Of a DNA stretch of 64,000 nucleotides, positions 26,421 through 43,600 are shown one piece after another (positions within the stretch are counted from its first letter, which is position 1; every line of letters begins with the position of its first letter). Under the pieces are notes generated by a model. That model did not search any database. It saw nothing but the letters and a program-made list of their open reading frames with translations, and had not been told where the DNA came from. The translations under genes were made by a program, and so were the position numbers. Origin of the DNA: Cyanophora paradoxa CCMP329. Lineage: Eukaryota; Plantae; Glaucophyta. The stretch spans positions 1 to 64,000 of the forward strand of contig QPMI01000195.1 of NCBI GenBank assembly GCA_004431415.1, given 5' to 3'.

Positions 26421-27302
26421 TTTTTTTCAGGTGGGGTGAGGGCATCGCCCCCACGGTGTAAATTGCTCATTCGGCCCCCCCGCCCAGTGGGACGGACAGA
26501 GACCTGGCGGTGCGGAGGCGCTAGGCGCCGACATCAAGCTAACGGGAAGGGGTAAATCCAGGTCGAGACTACGTGGTCCTAGCCCTAGGGCCGGCCCGGT
26601 GCCGGGATGCGGCGGAAGCTGTCCACCACTATCTAGCTCAGAACGCGGGGGTAAGAGGGCGATGCTACTTGCTGACGAGCTAGGCGTGGGAAGGAAAAGA
26701 ATAGGTAACCAACATCGGGGAAGGCCGGGGGGCCGGACGGGGTATGGTTCTACTCGCCGAGGCCGAGGAGGGCGGCAAGGCCCCGCAGGACCTTATCCTT
26801 GGCACTTTGGGTGCCTGGCGCCGGCGGTGCCGACCCGGCGGCAGCGGCCGGCGCCGTTAGGGTCTGGATGAGGCCGAGGATGTCGGTGATGCTCTGCTCG
26901 GAGGGGGGGGAGGCCGGGGTTCCGCCGGCGGCCGCCCCGGCTCCGGCCGGGGCGGGCGCGGGGGCGGGAGGGGCTGGGGCGGGGCTCCCGTCGGGGCAGT
27001 CGGGCCGGCGGGGCGCCGGCGGGCAGCTCGGTGCCCGTGGCGGCGCGCTGGGCGGCGAGGGAGGCCCGGAGGCGGCGGCGGCCGCGGGGCTGATGGCCCC
27101 GGCCATGGAGCCGGCGTAGACGTCGGGGAGGGGGGCGAGGCCCGGGCCGTGAGGCCCGCGGCCTGGAGGCCGTACTCCTCCACGACCCCAGAACGTCCGC
27201 TGCGCTAGGGGCGCCCTGCCCCCCGCTCCGGTCGCGCCGGCGGCGGGGGCGGCGGGGCGGCGGGGGCGGCGGGGTGGCGAGGCAGCGGGGGCGGCGACGG
27301 CG
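26421..27302 (-). mobile_element. Retroposed insertion (5'-truncated non-LTR element or processed copy), ~880 bp
   Basis: Flanked by the direct repeat TGCAGTATATA (26410-26420 and 27303-27313); T7 at 26421-26427 is the poly(A) on the minus strand; contains an intronless Pro/Ala-rich ORF end followed by a ~320-nt 3' tail. Confidence 0.7.
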
Positions 27303-27481
27303 TGCAGTATATATTGAATATTAATGTTCACCAGATCATCTGCGCCCATGTACTTACATTTGCTGTCTGAATCCTATAGCTAGAGGCCCCCCCCCCCCCC
27401 CCCCTCCCCCCCCCCCCCGCTCTGCAGCTGGTGCCCCCAGTAACCGATTCCCGCGCCGCAACCGTTGAACCGCACGCTTCT

Positions 27482-27841
27482 ACAGAACGGGACACCGATT
27501 AATCGGGGTCCTGGGGCGCAGGTGAGGAGGAGGAGGGGTGGCGGAGCGGCGGCAAGGGAGGGCGGCGGACTGCGAGACATTTCACTTCCAGGGCTCATGA
27601 GGGATGGAGGAGTTGATCAAGGGGTGGGCGCGTGGGTCTGGTTACGGCTATCATCGAAAACCATGGCTCCCCCACTCAGGCGAACCTCCCATATTGAGCG
27701 ACCCATGGCCGGCACCTTGCTCAGCGGCTAGCATCTTCGGCTAGATAGATGACCGGTCGGAAGGGCGCGTCACGCAGAACATTGATACATGTGCCGTGGT
27801 GTATCAATGCGACGTCCACTTTTGCAAAAAAAAAAAACCGC
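27482..27841 (+). mobile_element. SINE-like or LINE 3'-end insertion, ~360 bp
   Basis: 14-bp direct repeat AACCGCACGCTTCT at 27468-27481 and 27842-27855; A12 at 27826-27837; 10-bp stem-loop CATTGATACA/TGTATCAATG (27780-27809) just before the tail. Confidence 0.65.
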
Positions 27842-27917
27842 AACCGCACGCTTCTCTCGCACGCCTTTTTCAAAAAGCCTGTCTGCCTGTGCGTACGTCT
27901 GTCTGGGCCTGCCCTAC

Positions 27918-31146
<3,229 letters not shown>

Positions 31147-31409
31147 GGCTGCACTGCACGATGGCGAACTCGCTGCTCGGGCGCTAAGTTTTGCTCGGCT
31201 CGAGCCTGTACCCCCTCAGTTCCCGGGTACGAGTTCCCGGCCGTCGTTGCGAAAGCGGGCGCTGCCCAACAGGTAGGCAGCCCGCGGGCGCGCGCTCACA
31301 CCCAGGACTCTGGCTGGGAACTGTTAGTCGCCGCGCGAACTCCGCGCAATCCCGCCACTTTCTTTTCTCACCGTCCGCCGCGCGGCTCGCAGAGCAGGCG
31401 GAACACAAG

Positions 31410-33528
<2,119 letters not shown>

Positions 33529-33922
33529 GCTCGCTCCCTGTCCTGTGCGCCCCTCGGCCGAGCTGGTTCTGCGCCATACGGCGGCGCTCTCCCGCTCGCC
33601 GCATCCTCCAGCTCCACCGGAGGCCTCGCGGCGGGCGCCGCCGCCGCCGGCGCTGCGCCTGCGCCCGGGCCGGGAGCGCTCCGCTTCCGCTCAGAATAAG
33701 TAGTTTGCTCTAGGTCTCCATCGTTTGGCGCGCGGCCTTCGCAAGCGCCCTTTTTGTTCTTTGATTCAAGGAAAAAAGGCAGGTAATTGTCTCCGCCTCC
33801 AACCGCCCGCGGCCACCGCACGCCTCGCACGCACGCACGCACGACCACATCGAATCGTATCTTAAGCACACACACAAACAACAAACGGATTCCTGACTGA
33901 TATCGATCTCGAGCACACGAAT

Positions 33923-36900
33923 TTACTGCCCGGCGCTGCCGAGGGCGGCGAGGACGGTGCCGACGAGGGCGACGGCGCCGGTGATGATGGCGCCCAGCGT
34001 CAGCTGCTGCTCGCGCTGCTTGCGCTCGCCCTCCGCCTTCTCCTCCGTGGCAGCCTTCGACTCGTCCGCCGCCTTTGCCGCGGCGGCCTCCGCGGGGCTC
34101 GGCGACGGCGGCCGCGGCGGGAGGACCGTCGAGGCGTCCGCGGACTTGTACGAGTCGAGCACCTGCATTCGAATTCGAATTCAAAATCTCAAAATTGTAA
34201 GGGAGGAATCGGGCGCGCCTTGTTCACGCTGAAGCTCGGGTCGACCACGACGGGCTTGCCCGTCTCCAGCGTCGGCGTCACGCCCGCAGCCTCGAGCTCC
34301 ACGGCCTGCGCTATTTTTAAAAGAGGGGAGATGCGTACGGGGGGTACGCGTGCGCACGTCGCGGACGGCGGGGTCGGACAGGACATTGCGGGCCGCGCCG
34401 CGGAAGTCGACGGCCTGGGCGCTCGCCTCGAGCTGCCGTACCCCTAAGAACAAGAAAAAAGAAAGAAAGGAAGAGAAGGGGGGTACGGCGCACTGCGTCG
34501 GTGGAGGGGAGGCGGCGGTACCCCGCGGGGGCGGTGGGGTCCGTCGACATGTCGCGGGCGGCGGAGAGCCACTGCGACTGCTCGTCGGTCCGCTTCGCGG
34601 CGAGGGCCCAGTCCGGCGTCGTCCTGCCGGCTTCCGATCAGTTTCGGGTGATCTTGTTGATGGCGCCGGCGGGATTCGAGCCGGCGCACTTGACGCGGTT
34701 CCACGAGTCCCACGCGGAGCGCTCAGACGCGCTCAGGATCCTGCACGGCGCGCGAATTAGGGGGTACTGCGAAAGAGGAGGAAGCGGGGTAGGGCGCGCA
34801 CGGCGGGGCGGGCAGCATGACGGCCGGGGCCGGCGGGGGCACGCCCGGGGGCAGCGGGTACGGCTGCCGGAGGCGTCCGCGTCACTTCTCATAAAGAGGG
34901 TACACGAAATGCGGAGGGGGAGCGGACCTTGGGGGCTTCGGCGGGGGGGCCGACGGCGGCGCGGGCGATCGCCCGCCACGCGTCCGTCTGGGGCGATGGG
35001 GAAAGTCACGGCCGGGAATGGAGGGAGGGGTACACGGGGTACGAGAATACGGGGCCACCTCGGGGGTCTTGCCCTTGGCGAGGGCGCCGGGGCGGCCGGC
35101 GGGGGCGATCGCACCGGGGCCGCCACCGTCGACCTCTGCGGCCGGCGGGCGTCAGCGTCAGCGCCCTTAGCGCCCAATCTAATCGTATCGTTCTTTCTTT
35201 CTCCTCTGCTCTAGATCATGAGAGGCTGATCTTAACCCAATCGAGCCCGTCCGATCCAATCGTCCTGTCTTCTATCGCCCTTCTCATCGATGCAAGGGGC
35301 GCACGGGATGCGACGTCCCGGGCGAAGGAGCGCCACATGTCCGCCCCGTCGCCCGAGGGGGAAGAGGAGGAGGAGGAGGCGGCGCCGCCCGAAGACGCCG
35401 CCGCCACCTCTGCCCCCCGGCATCGTGAGCGGGCCGAGGGAGCGAAGGGAGCGAAGGAAAGGGCCGCACGGTTGGAGACGTCCTTCGCGAATGAGCGCCA
35501 CATCGACGCGCCGTCGTCCGCGGGCGCGGAGGAGGCGGCGCCGGGGGCGGCGGCGGCGGCCTCGCGGGCGACCCCGCGCCACAGGTCCGTCCCGTCGCCC
35601 GCGCTCGGCGCGCTCGGCTGCGGGGCGCCGCCCTCAGATCGAAGGAAGGGCGGGGAGGAAGCAGAAAGAGGGAGCAGGAGGAGGACGAGAGGGACGAACC
35701 GCGGCGCTGGCGGCCTCCGAAGCCTCGCGCCAGCGGCCCCACGCGCTGCCGTCGTCCTCCGGCGCGGCGGACGGCTCGCCCGAGCCCGAGAGGCCCGTCG
35801 GGGCGGCGGCCTTGGGCGCCGGGGCGCCGGAGCCGGAGGCCTCCGAGGGGACGAAGCTGCGGGCAAAGTCGCGCCACTGGTCGACCTCGGCCTTGGGGTC
35901 GCGCTCCGCCTGCGCGGACTCCTTGAAGGCCTTGTCCGCCTCCTGCGCGGCGAAGCCGAGAGAAGCCAAGGGCGTGAGCGGTGGAGGAGGGGCGGGAGCG
36001 AGGGAGGGAGGGAGGGAGGGAGGGGAGGGCGCGCCTGCCAGCGGCCCCACGCGCTGTTGTCCAGCTCGGCGTCGTCGTCGTCGTCGTTGCCGGAAGAGGC
36101 GGCGGCCGCGGACGCGGCGGGCGCGGCCGGCTCGGAGGCCGCCGGGGCGGCGGGGGCGGCGCCCTCGGGGGTACGAAGCTGCGGGCGAGGTCGCGCCACT
36201 GGTCGACCTCGGCCTTCGGGTCGCGCTCCGCCACGGGCTGCGAACGAAGGCGGGGGAATCAGAGGCGGGGGGTACGCGAGACGAGGGGAAGGGCGGGCGG
36301 CTCGCCGTGTCCTTGGCCGCCTCGGCGGCCTCGCGCCAGCGACCCCAGGCGCTCCCCTCGTCCTCGTCTGCCGAGGCGGCGGGGCCTCCTGCGCCGGCGC
36401 CGGCGCGGCGGGCGCCGCGGCCGCCGGCGGCTGGGCCGGAGCGGCGGGGCCGCTCTGGGTCGCGGCCTGCTTGGCCTCCTGGCCGGGCCGGCGCCACATG
36501 TCGACCTCGGCCTGCGCGTCACGCTCCTCCAGCTCCTGCGGACGAAGGCGCCGGTGAGAAGAAAGGACAGTTTTCGGGACTGGATCAGAAGGGGGCACCA
36601 TCGACTCCCACGCCTCGTCGGCCTTGCGCCACGCGTCGAAGGCGCTGGCGGGGACCGAGGCTCCGTCCATCTCGTACCCCTCCGGGATGACCCACTTGGG
36701 CGGCTCGCGGGCCGGGCGCCCCGCCGGCGCGGCGGGGGCGTCGACGCCGGCGGCGCCGGCGGCCTCCCGGGCGACCGAGAGCCACGAGTCGACTGCGCGC
36801 GCGCGCGCGGCCCGTCAGGACAGTTGAGGGAAAAGAAAGGGAACCGCGCGGAATCGAACCCGAGGTGCGGTTCACGGTCGCGGCGTCGTCGACGATGATC

Positions 36901-39238
36901 GGGGCCGAGTACTCGGCCGGCGCGGCGGCCGCCGGCTGCTCCTCGGCTTCGGCCTTGAGCGCGGGGGCGGGCGCCTCGGCCTGGGGGGCCGGCGCCGCCT
37001 CCCCCGGCACCAGGTCGCGGGCCGCGCCCCGCCAGAAGTCGGTATCCTTCTTCGGGTCCCGGAACTAAGAGGAGAGACGGTCAAGAGAAGGAAAGGAGAG
37101 GAAAGGAAAGGGACGGGAAGGAAATGCACCTCCTGAGAGGAAGAGGAAGAAGCGGGCGAGTCGGGGGCGGACGAGACGACCTCGCGGGCGGCCCCGCGCC
37201 ACATGTCGACCTCCGCCTTCGGATCGCGAAAGGCGGCCTCCTCCTCGGGCTGAAAAGGGCGGGGCGGGGGGAACGAAGCAGGGGGATCAATTCCAGACGG
37301 AGGGCACGCCGCGCAGCGCCGGGGAGGGGGGGGGGGGGGGGGGGGTAGAGCGTACCTTAGCGTCCAGCGACTGCCGCCAGGAGTCCCAGGCGCCCTCGGG
37401 CACCGACGCCCCCTCGATCTCGTACCCCTCCGGGATCACCCACTGCGGGGGCGCCTCAGCGTGGGGCAGAAGCGAAGGGGAAGGGGGAAGGGGGGTACGG
37501 ACCTTGGGCGCCTCACGCTCGCCGGGGCCGCTCTGCTGGGCTGCGAGCACCTCGGGCGCCGGCTGCGAACGAACGAAGCTCGAAAGAATCCAAGGAGGAA
37601 GGGAGGGGTACGACAGACCGCCTCGTCGTCCTCGTCGTCGTCCTGGTAAGAGAAGGAGCCCTCGGCAGAGGCCTCCGGTGCGAGGTCGCGGGCCGTCTCG
37701 CGCCACATGTCCGCCTGCGTCTCCTGCGGGCGAGTGGAGCGAAGTGAGACGACGCAGCCGAGCGAGATTTGATCCGATCAAATCTCGGGCACCTCCTGCG
37801 GGGCGGCGGGGGCGTCGGGCACGAGGTCGCGGGCCGCGCCCTTCCAGAAGGCCGTCTCCTTCTTCGGGTCCCGATACTAAAAGGGAATAAACAGGGAACA
37901 AGGAAAGGAACAAGGAGAGTGGAGGGGGTACGGGAGCATACCTCGAAGGACGTGTTGCGGGGCTTGTACCAGGCCGCCTGGGTACACGGTTGGAAAGACG
38001 GCGCAGAGAAGCAAGGAAGGGGAGAGAGCGCACCCATGCCTCGCGCTGCTTGCGCTCCTCGTCGGTCTCGCCCTCGACGGGGGTACTGTACTTCAAGTAC
38101 TTCTCCTCGTTCGTCAGCGACGGCTCGGCCTTCGCAACGCGAGCGATCAAATTACGGGGGAGAGCTGCTTAAAATAGATCGGGCGGGGTACCGAGAAGAT
38201 GGCTTCCGCGTCGATGTCGACGGCGATTGTGCCGGCGCCTTCGGCCGCGTCGTCGGCCAGGTACATGTACTGCGGCGAAAGCGAAGATCAAATTCGAATT
38301 CGAAAATTCGAATTCGAACGTTCGAATCCGAGTGCGGGCGCACGTCCTCCTCGTCGTCGCCGACGACCGCCTCCTCCCCGGCCGCCTCCTCCTCGTCGGG
38401 GTACACGTTGTTGTCCTCATCGTCGAAACCCTCGGCCTTCGCGTAGTCCACGCCGGCCTCGGCGGCGTTGTACCCCGCGATCCCCTGCGATGGACGCGTC
38501 ACGCTAAGCCAGCCGCCGCCTCTAGAAACAGCGGAACAGAGCGCACGCGGGCGATGCGCTCGTAGCGCTCTGCCATGTCCATTTCCTGCCCCACCGCCTC
38601 GGGTCGCCACGTCTCCCGCGCCTCGCTCCACGACGCCTGCGCCCCCGAAAACATTCGATCCCGCGGGAAAATCGAGAGGAATCGGCTCCGATCGACGTAC
38701 CCAGGCGCTGGAGGGGTCCGCGGGGCCATCCTCGGTCTTGGGGAGGAAGCTCAGGTCAGGCTGCACCCACTGGGGCGCCGGACCTGCAAAGAACAAGAAG
38801 AGAGAACAGAGCTCAGCTCAGACGGCGGCTCAGATGTTCGGAAGGCCGGGCCGGGCCGGGCCGGATGGCGCACGGGAGGGCGGGGCGGCCGGCTTGGCGG
38901 GCGCCGCCGACTCCTCCGGCTTCCACTGCGACACGATGTCCTTCGCCACACCCTTGATCCAGTCGTCGTCCGCGTCCTGGGGAAAAGGGGGTACGCGCAT
39001 GAGGCCCCACCGAAATAATCACGGCGCTGTTGTGCAGCTGGGCTCCAACCACTCCCGCGGTTCGTATGGTTCTAACCGCGGGAGTGGACGCGGGCGGGGG
39101 CGGGAGTGGGAGAGAGGGGGGTACCGGGACCGGGGAGGCGGAGGTCTCCGGGGCGACGCTCTTGGCTGCGCCGCGCCAGAAGTCGACCTCCTTCTTCGCG
39201 TCCCGCGGCGTCGGCTTCTGCCCTTCGGCTTTAGCTTC

Positions 39239-39334
<96 letters not shown>

Positions 39335-40600
39335 TCGGGCGGCACCTGCTTGCTGTAGTTCTCCGCGGCGGCCTGCCACGCGCCCCACGCGGACCTCTCG
39401 TCCACGGCCGGGGTGGAGGAGGCTTCGTCGGCCTTGGCCTTGCCCTGGGCCTTTGGAGCGGGGGCGGGCGCCTCGGCCTTGGGGGCCGGCGCCGCCTCCT
39501 CGGGCACAAGGTCGCGGGCCGCGCCCCGCCAGAAGTCCGTCTCCTTCTTCGGGTCCCGGAACTAAGAGGAAATAAGAAAGGAAAAGGAAAAGGAAGGGAG
39601 GAGGGTACGCCGCACCTCGGGCTCCGGGGCCTTGGCCTTGGGGACCTTGGGGGGCTTGGGGGCCGCCGCCGGGGGAGCAGAAGACGCGGCCTCGGCCGGC
39701 TTGGGGGCGGCCTCGGGGGGTACCACGAAGTCCTTGGCGGCCTCACGCCAGAAGGCAACCTCCTTCTCCGGGTCCCGCGGCTCGAGCTCGGGCTGCGTGC
39801 GCGGCGCGCGTGAGCGGCGGCGCGCGGCGGCGGGCGGCGGGCGCCGGACCTCCGCCTGCATCGAGGAGCGCCAGGTGTCCCAGGCGCCCTCCGGCACGGT
39901 GGCCGCCTCGACCTCGTAGCCGTCGACGACCTTGAACTCGGGCGGCGGCCGCTCGATGTCCGGCGCGTCGCCGATGAGCTCCTTCATCGCGTCAGAGAGC
40001 TCCACCTCGACGATCTCCGGCTCGTAGCGCGACGTGTCCACGGGCAGCGGGAACGCGGCCTTCGCGCTCTCCAGGTCGACCTCCTCCGCCTCGTCCACCT
40101 CGGGCTTCGGGGTCGAAGACGCGTCGTTGGACTGCGAGCCCCCCTTCTTCTTCGCCCAGGAAGCCCATTTGTTCGATCCGCCGAAGCCGCCCTTCTTCCC
40201 CTTCTTCCCGCCGCCGTTTCCCGCCTGCAGCCGCCGCCCCGGTTGCAGAGTCAGCGCGGTCGTGCCGACAAGCGGTTTGAGCGCTGTCTAGACTCTAGTT
40301 GACGGCCGCGACTGCGCTTCACCGGCGCGAAATCGCCGGCGCCCGCCACGGCGCATATCCCGGGGGAGGCACCTTGCACGCGACGTCAAACTGCCGGGGC
40401 TCGGCGTGCTGCAGCAGAAAGGCGCTGTTGGTCTGCAGCCGTTCGCGACGGCCGAGCACCGAGCTGCCGGAGAAGCCCAGCCGCGACGGGTCGCGTGCGC
40501 TGTCGCTCGCCGCCGGCCGCTCTGCGACGGCGCGGGCCGGCACCGCCGGTTCAGCGCCGTATCGAGGGAGCAGCACAGTGCCACCCACGAAGGCGGCCAT
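33923..40600 (-). CDS. Large plastid-targeted, low-complexity protein with two families of Trp-centred repeats and a C-terminal transmembrane helix; function unknown
   Basis: Exon 1 (40600-40373) is a 76-aa MAAFVGG.. transit peptide. About 28 further exons encode ~18 copies of RDPKxEVDxW[RK]xxAR[DES] and ~11 of SAWxxW[RQ], separated by Ala/Pro/Glu spacers. It ends LTLGAIITGAVALVGTVLAALGSAGQ*. Two 1-nt slips in C runs (~36392, ~36168) must be corrected to keep frame. Confidence 0.82.
39240..39333. repeat. (CTCGGG)~15 hexamer repeat inside an intron of the Trp-repeat gene
   Basis: Read directly. The flanking exons (NYSKQ| and |KPTPRD) lie in different genomic frames and are joined by CAG|GT..CAG. 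Confidence 0.85.
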
Positions 40601-40692
40601 GCTGCAGCTCGCGTTGAAGAGAATCGCCTTTGCGCCGTACCCCCCACCGCAAGTTGAATCGTGCCCAGCCGCCGCCAGCTCTCGGACAGCCG
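40601..40692. promoter_or_regulatory. Probable bidirectional promoter region shared by the Trp-repeat gene and ftsI
   Basis: Divergent start codons are only 92 bp (ATG 40693) to 164 bp (ATG 40765) apart. Confidence 0.5.
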
Positions 40693-43600
40693 ATGGCGGG
40701 AAGGAGGCCTCGGCGCGCCCACGAGGATGCGTACGAGGAGGCTCCGCAGCCGCCGCAGCCGCCGATGATGGGCTTCTTGGCGCCAGCGCCCGCGGCGACG
40801 GAGCTGCCGCGCCGCCAGCCGCATGGCACGGAGGCGTCGCTCTCCTTCGGCCCGCGGCCGTCCTGGTCGTGCTCCCGGCCCGGCCTGCTTGCCGTGCACC
40901 GGCCGAACTGGAGCGCTGCCACCCCCGGGTGCTTCCCGAGTCGCTCTTTCGACGTGCGGTGGCCGTACGATGGCAGCAGCCGATCGGGCGGCGGCGGCGA
41001 TCTTTCCCGCGCGCTCGGCGTGGCGCGACTTGATTTCTTCGGGCGGCCCGTCGGCCGCACGCCCAGCGCCCTCGCGGAGGCGGCGTCCCGTGCCTTGCAT
41101 GACGACGCGGACGCCGAGCCCGTGCCGTGGGAGTCATGGGCGCCGCTCGCGCTCCCCGTCCTGCCCCTGCTCTTCCCGGACAAGGGCGGCCCCGCGCTTC
41201 GGGAGGTCCGCTGCTTCCTCCTCGACCTGCTGGGCGAGGAGCGCAAGGAGAAGTTCATGCGCTGGTGGGACAAGACGTACATCGAGATCCTCGAGTTCAT
41301 GGAAACGGTGCGCTTCGGAATGCCGGCCTCGAATGCGCGGGCGGGGGCGGGGGCGCGGCGCGGGTCCGAGGCGCGGCGGCCGGGCACAGATGTTCGGGCC
41401 CGAGGACCCGGAGAACGAGGACCGCGGGGCGATGTACCGAATCTGGCCGGGCCCCCGGGCCACGATCTTCGGCCGCTTCCTCGACTACAAGGCCGACTAC
41501 ATCAAGAAGCACGGGCGCCCGCGGCCCATCCGCCCCCCCGCGCGGCCCAAGCGGCGCGCCCCCTGGGAGAAGGTCGGTCCCCGCTCCTTTCCCGACGCGC
41601 CGGAGCGCGCGCGCCGCCCTCCGCTCACTCACGCGGGCCGCTCAGCCGCGGAACCCGCTGCCTATCCCGCTCCCGGACTGGCTTGTGGCCGAGCTCGAGC
41701 TCGACGACGGATCGTTCGACAACGGCATCTTCGCGGATCTCAAGAAGGAGATGGACGGGCCAGAGGTGCGCCGCGGCAGATTCGATCCGGCGCACGCGGA
41801 TCGAATCTCCGATCGGTCCAGGTCTGGGAGCACAGGAGCATGCCGAACCGCTTCCGCATCTTCTGCGTCATGATGATCACCTTCGTTGGCGCTGTCTTCG
41901 TCCTCATGCGCTGCGCCGCGCTCTGCATCTGGCAGAAGGAGTTCCTCTCCGTCCGTTCCCGTACCCCCCCCCCCCCCGACCCGCCTTTCGATCTCTCTGA
42001 CATGCCGTTCCCCGCACGGCGAGCAGGAGAAGGCGATTCTGCAGCAGACGACACTCGTCGACCGCTTCGAGCCCCGCCGCACCATCACCGACGCCGTCGG
42101 CCAGGCTCGCCTGTACCCCCCGAACTCTCCCCGCCGAGATCTGAGCCCGCCGCCCGCAGGTACTCGCGATGGACGAGCCGTGCTACGACGTGTACGCCCA
42201 CCCGAGGCGCGTACCCTTCCCCCGTCCTCCCCCTCCCCGGCCGCCCTTATCGCGCCTGTACCCCCCCCAGGTACTTCAAAAAGCCTGCTCGGGAGATCGC
42301 CGGAATGCTCGCGCCGATCGTCAAGCGCAAGTGCGCCGTACCCCCCTCGGCCCCGTCGCCTTCCGTCCGCCTGAAGACGCGGTAGCCCCCTGGAGCTGGA
42401 GATCGATCTCTGCCAGAGCCGCCAGTCGGGTATTCTGGTAGCCCGGAAGATCGACGAGCATCAGGTGAGCCGAGATGGGAGCGCACTCCGGGCCCTGCGG
42501 TCCTGCGCTGACGGGGGGTACAGGCCAGGGACATCGCCTTGCTGAGGCAGGAGGGTATCGACCTCTTCCAGCGGAACACGCGCGTGTACCCTCACGAGGA
42601 GATGGCCGCCGAGGCGAGCCCCGCGTACCCCCCACCCCCGCAACTCTTGTCTTGAGCGCTTACCGCAGGTGGTGGGGTACGTCAACAACGACCACAAGGG
42701 CCAGGCCGGCATCGAGATGTCGCAGTGCGTGCCCTACCCCCCCCCGTCTCCCCCCACGCAACCGAAGCGGTACCCCCCTCCAGGCAAGAAGTTCTCCTAC
42801 GGCGGCCCCGGTCGGACACGGGCGAGGTCTTCATACCCCCTCCCCCGAAGCCCAAGAAGGACGACGCGGATCGGTACCCCTCTCCCTTCTATCCTCCCCA
42901 CTGGGAGAGTCACGTACCCCCGCCAGATTCAAGGCGGTCAAGGCGGGTAGCGGCGCGCTGGCCCCCCAGACGCCCCTCACGGTCTTCGCCACGGACAAGT
43001 ACACGCTGCGGGTCCGTACTCCCTCCTGCATCGAACAGCGTACCCCTTCTCACAGCGGGAACGCCGTACCCCAGCTGCACATGGACCTGCGGCTCCAGCG
43101 GGCAGCCCGCAAGGCGCTCATCGAGTCCATGGAGAAGTACAGCGCGAAGGTTCGAATCCCGGCGGCTCAATTACGGCCTTGCTCTGAGCCGGCCGCCGTG
43201 TAGAGGGGTACCGTTGTCGTCATGGACTGCCACACGGGTGCGATCAAGGCCCTCGTCACTGTACCCTCCTACAACCCCCGCGAGTTCTTCAAGGTCACTA
43301 TCCCCTTCCCTTCCCGCTGGTCCGGTTCCTCACTGTACCCCCTCCCTGGGCAGGCCCCCCTGGAGCTCTTCAAGAACTGGGCCGTCGCGGACCTCTTCGA
43401 GCCCGTGCGGGGCCCTTTCCTTCTCCCGCTATCCCTCTACCCCCCCCCCGACCTCTTCCCCCCCCCCCTACCCCAGGGCTCGACCTTCAAGCCGATCAAC
43501 GTGGCGATCGCCCTCGAAACGGGGGCCATCAAGGTGCGGGGGGGTACTGCGCCCCGTCCTGCCGCCCCCCCCACCCAACTCTTGCTTCCCGCCTACTAGT

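Noticed and set aside
36160-36400. Frameshifts in the Trp-repeat gene (also at the H3 start and in the 55.5 kb Pro-rich exon) as programmed frameshifting or pseudogenisation
   Set aside because: The ones I could localise fall in C/G homopolymer runs with intact coding sequence on both sides. Sequencing or assembly indels are the simpler explanation.
39240-39333. Poly-(PE), (RA) or (SP) coding repeat
   Set aside because: Flanking exon frames and splice sites place the hexamer run inside an intron.
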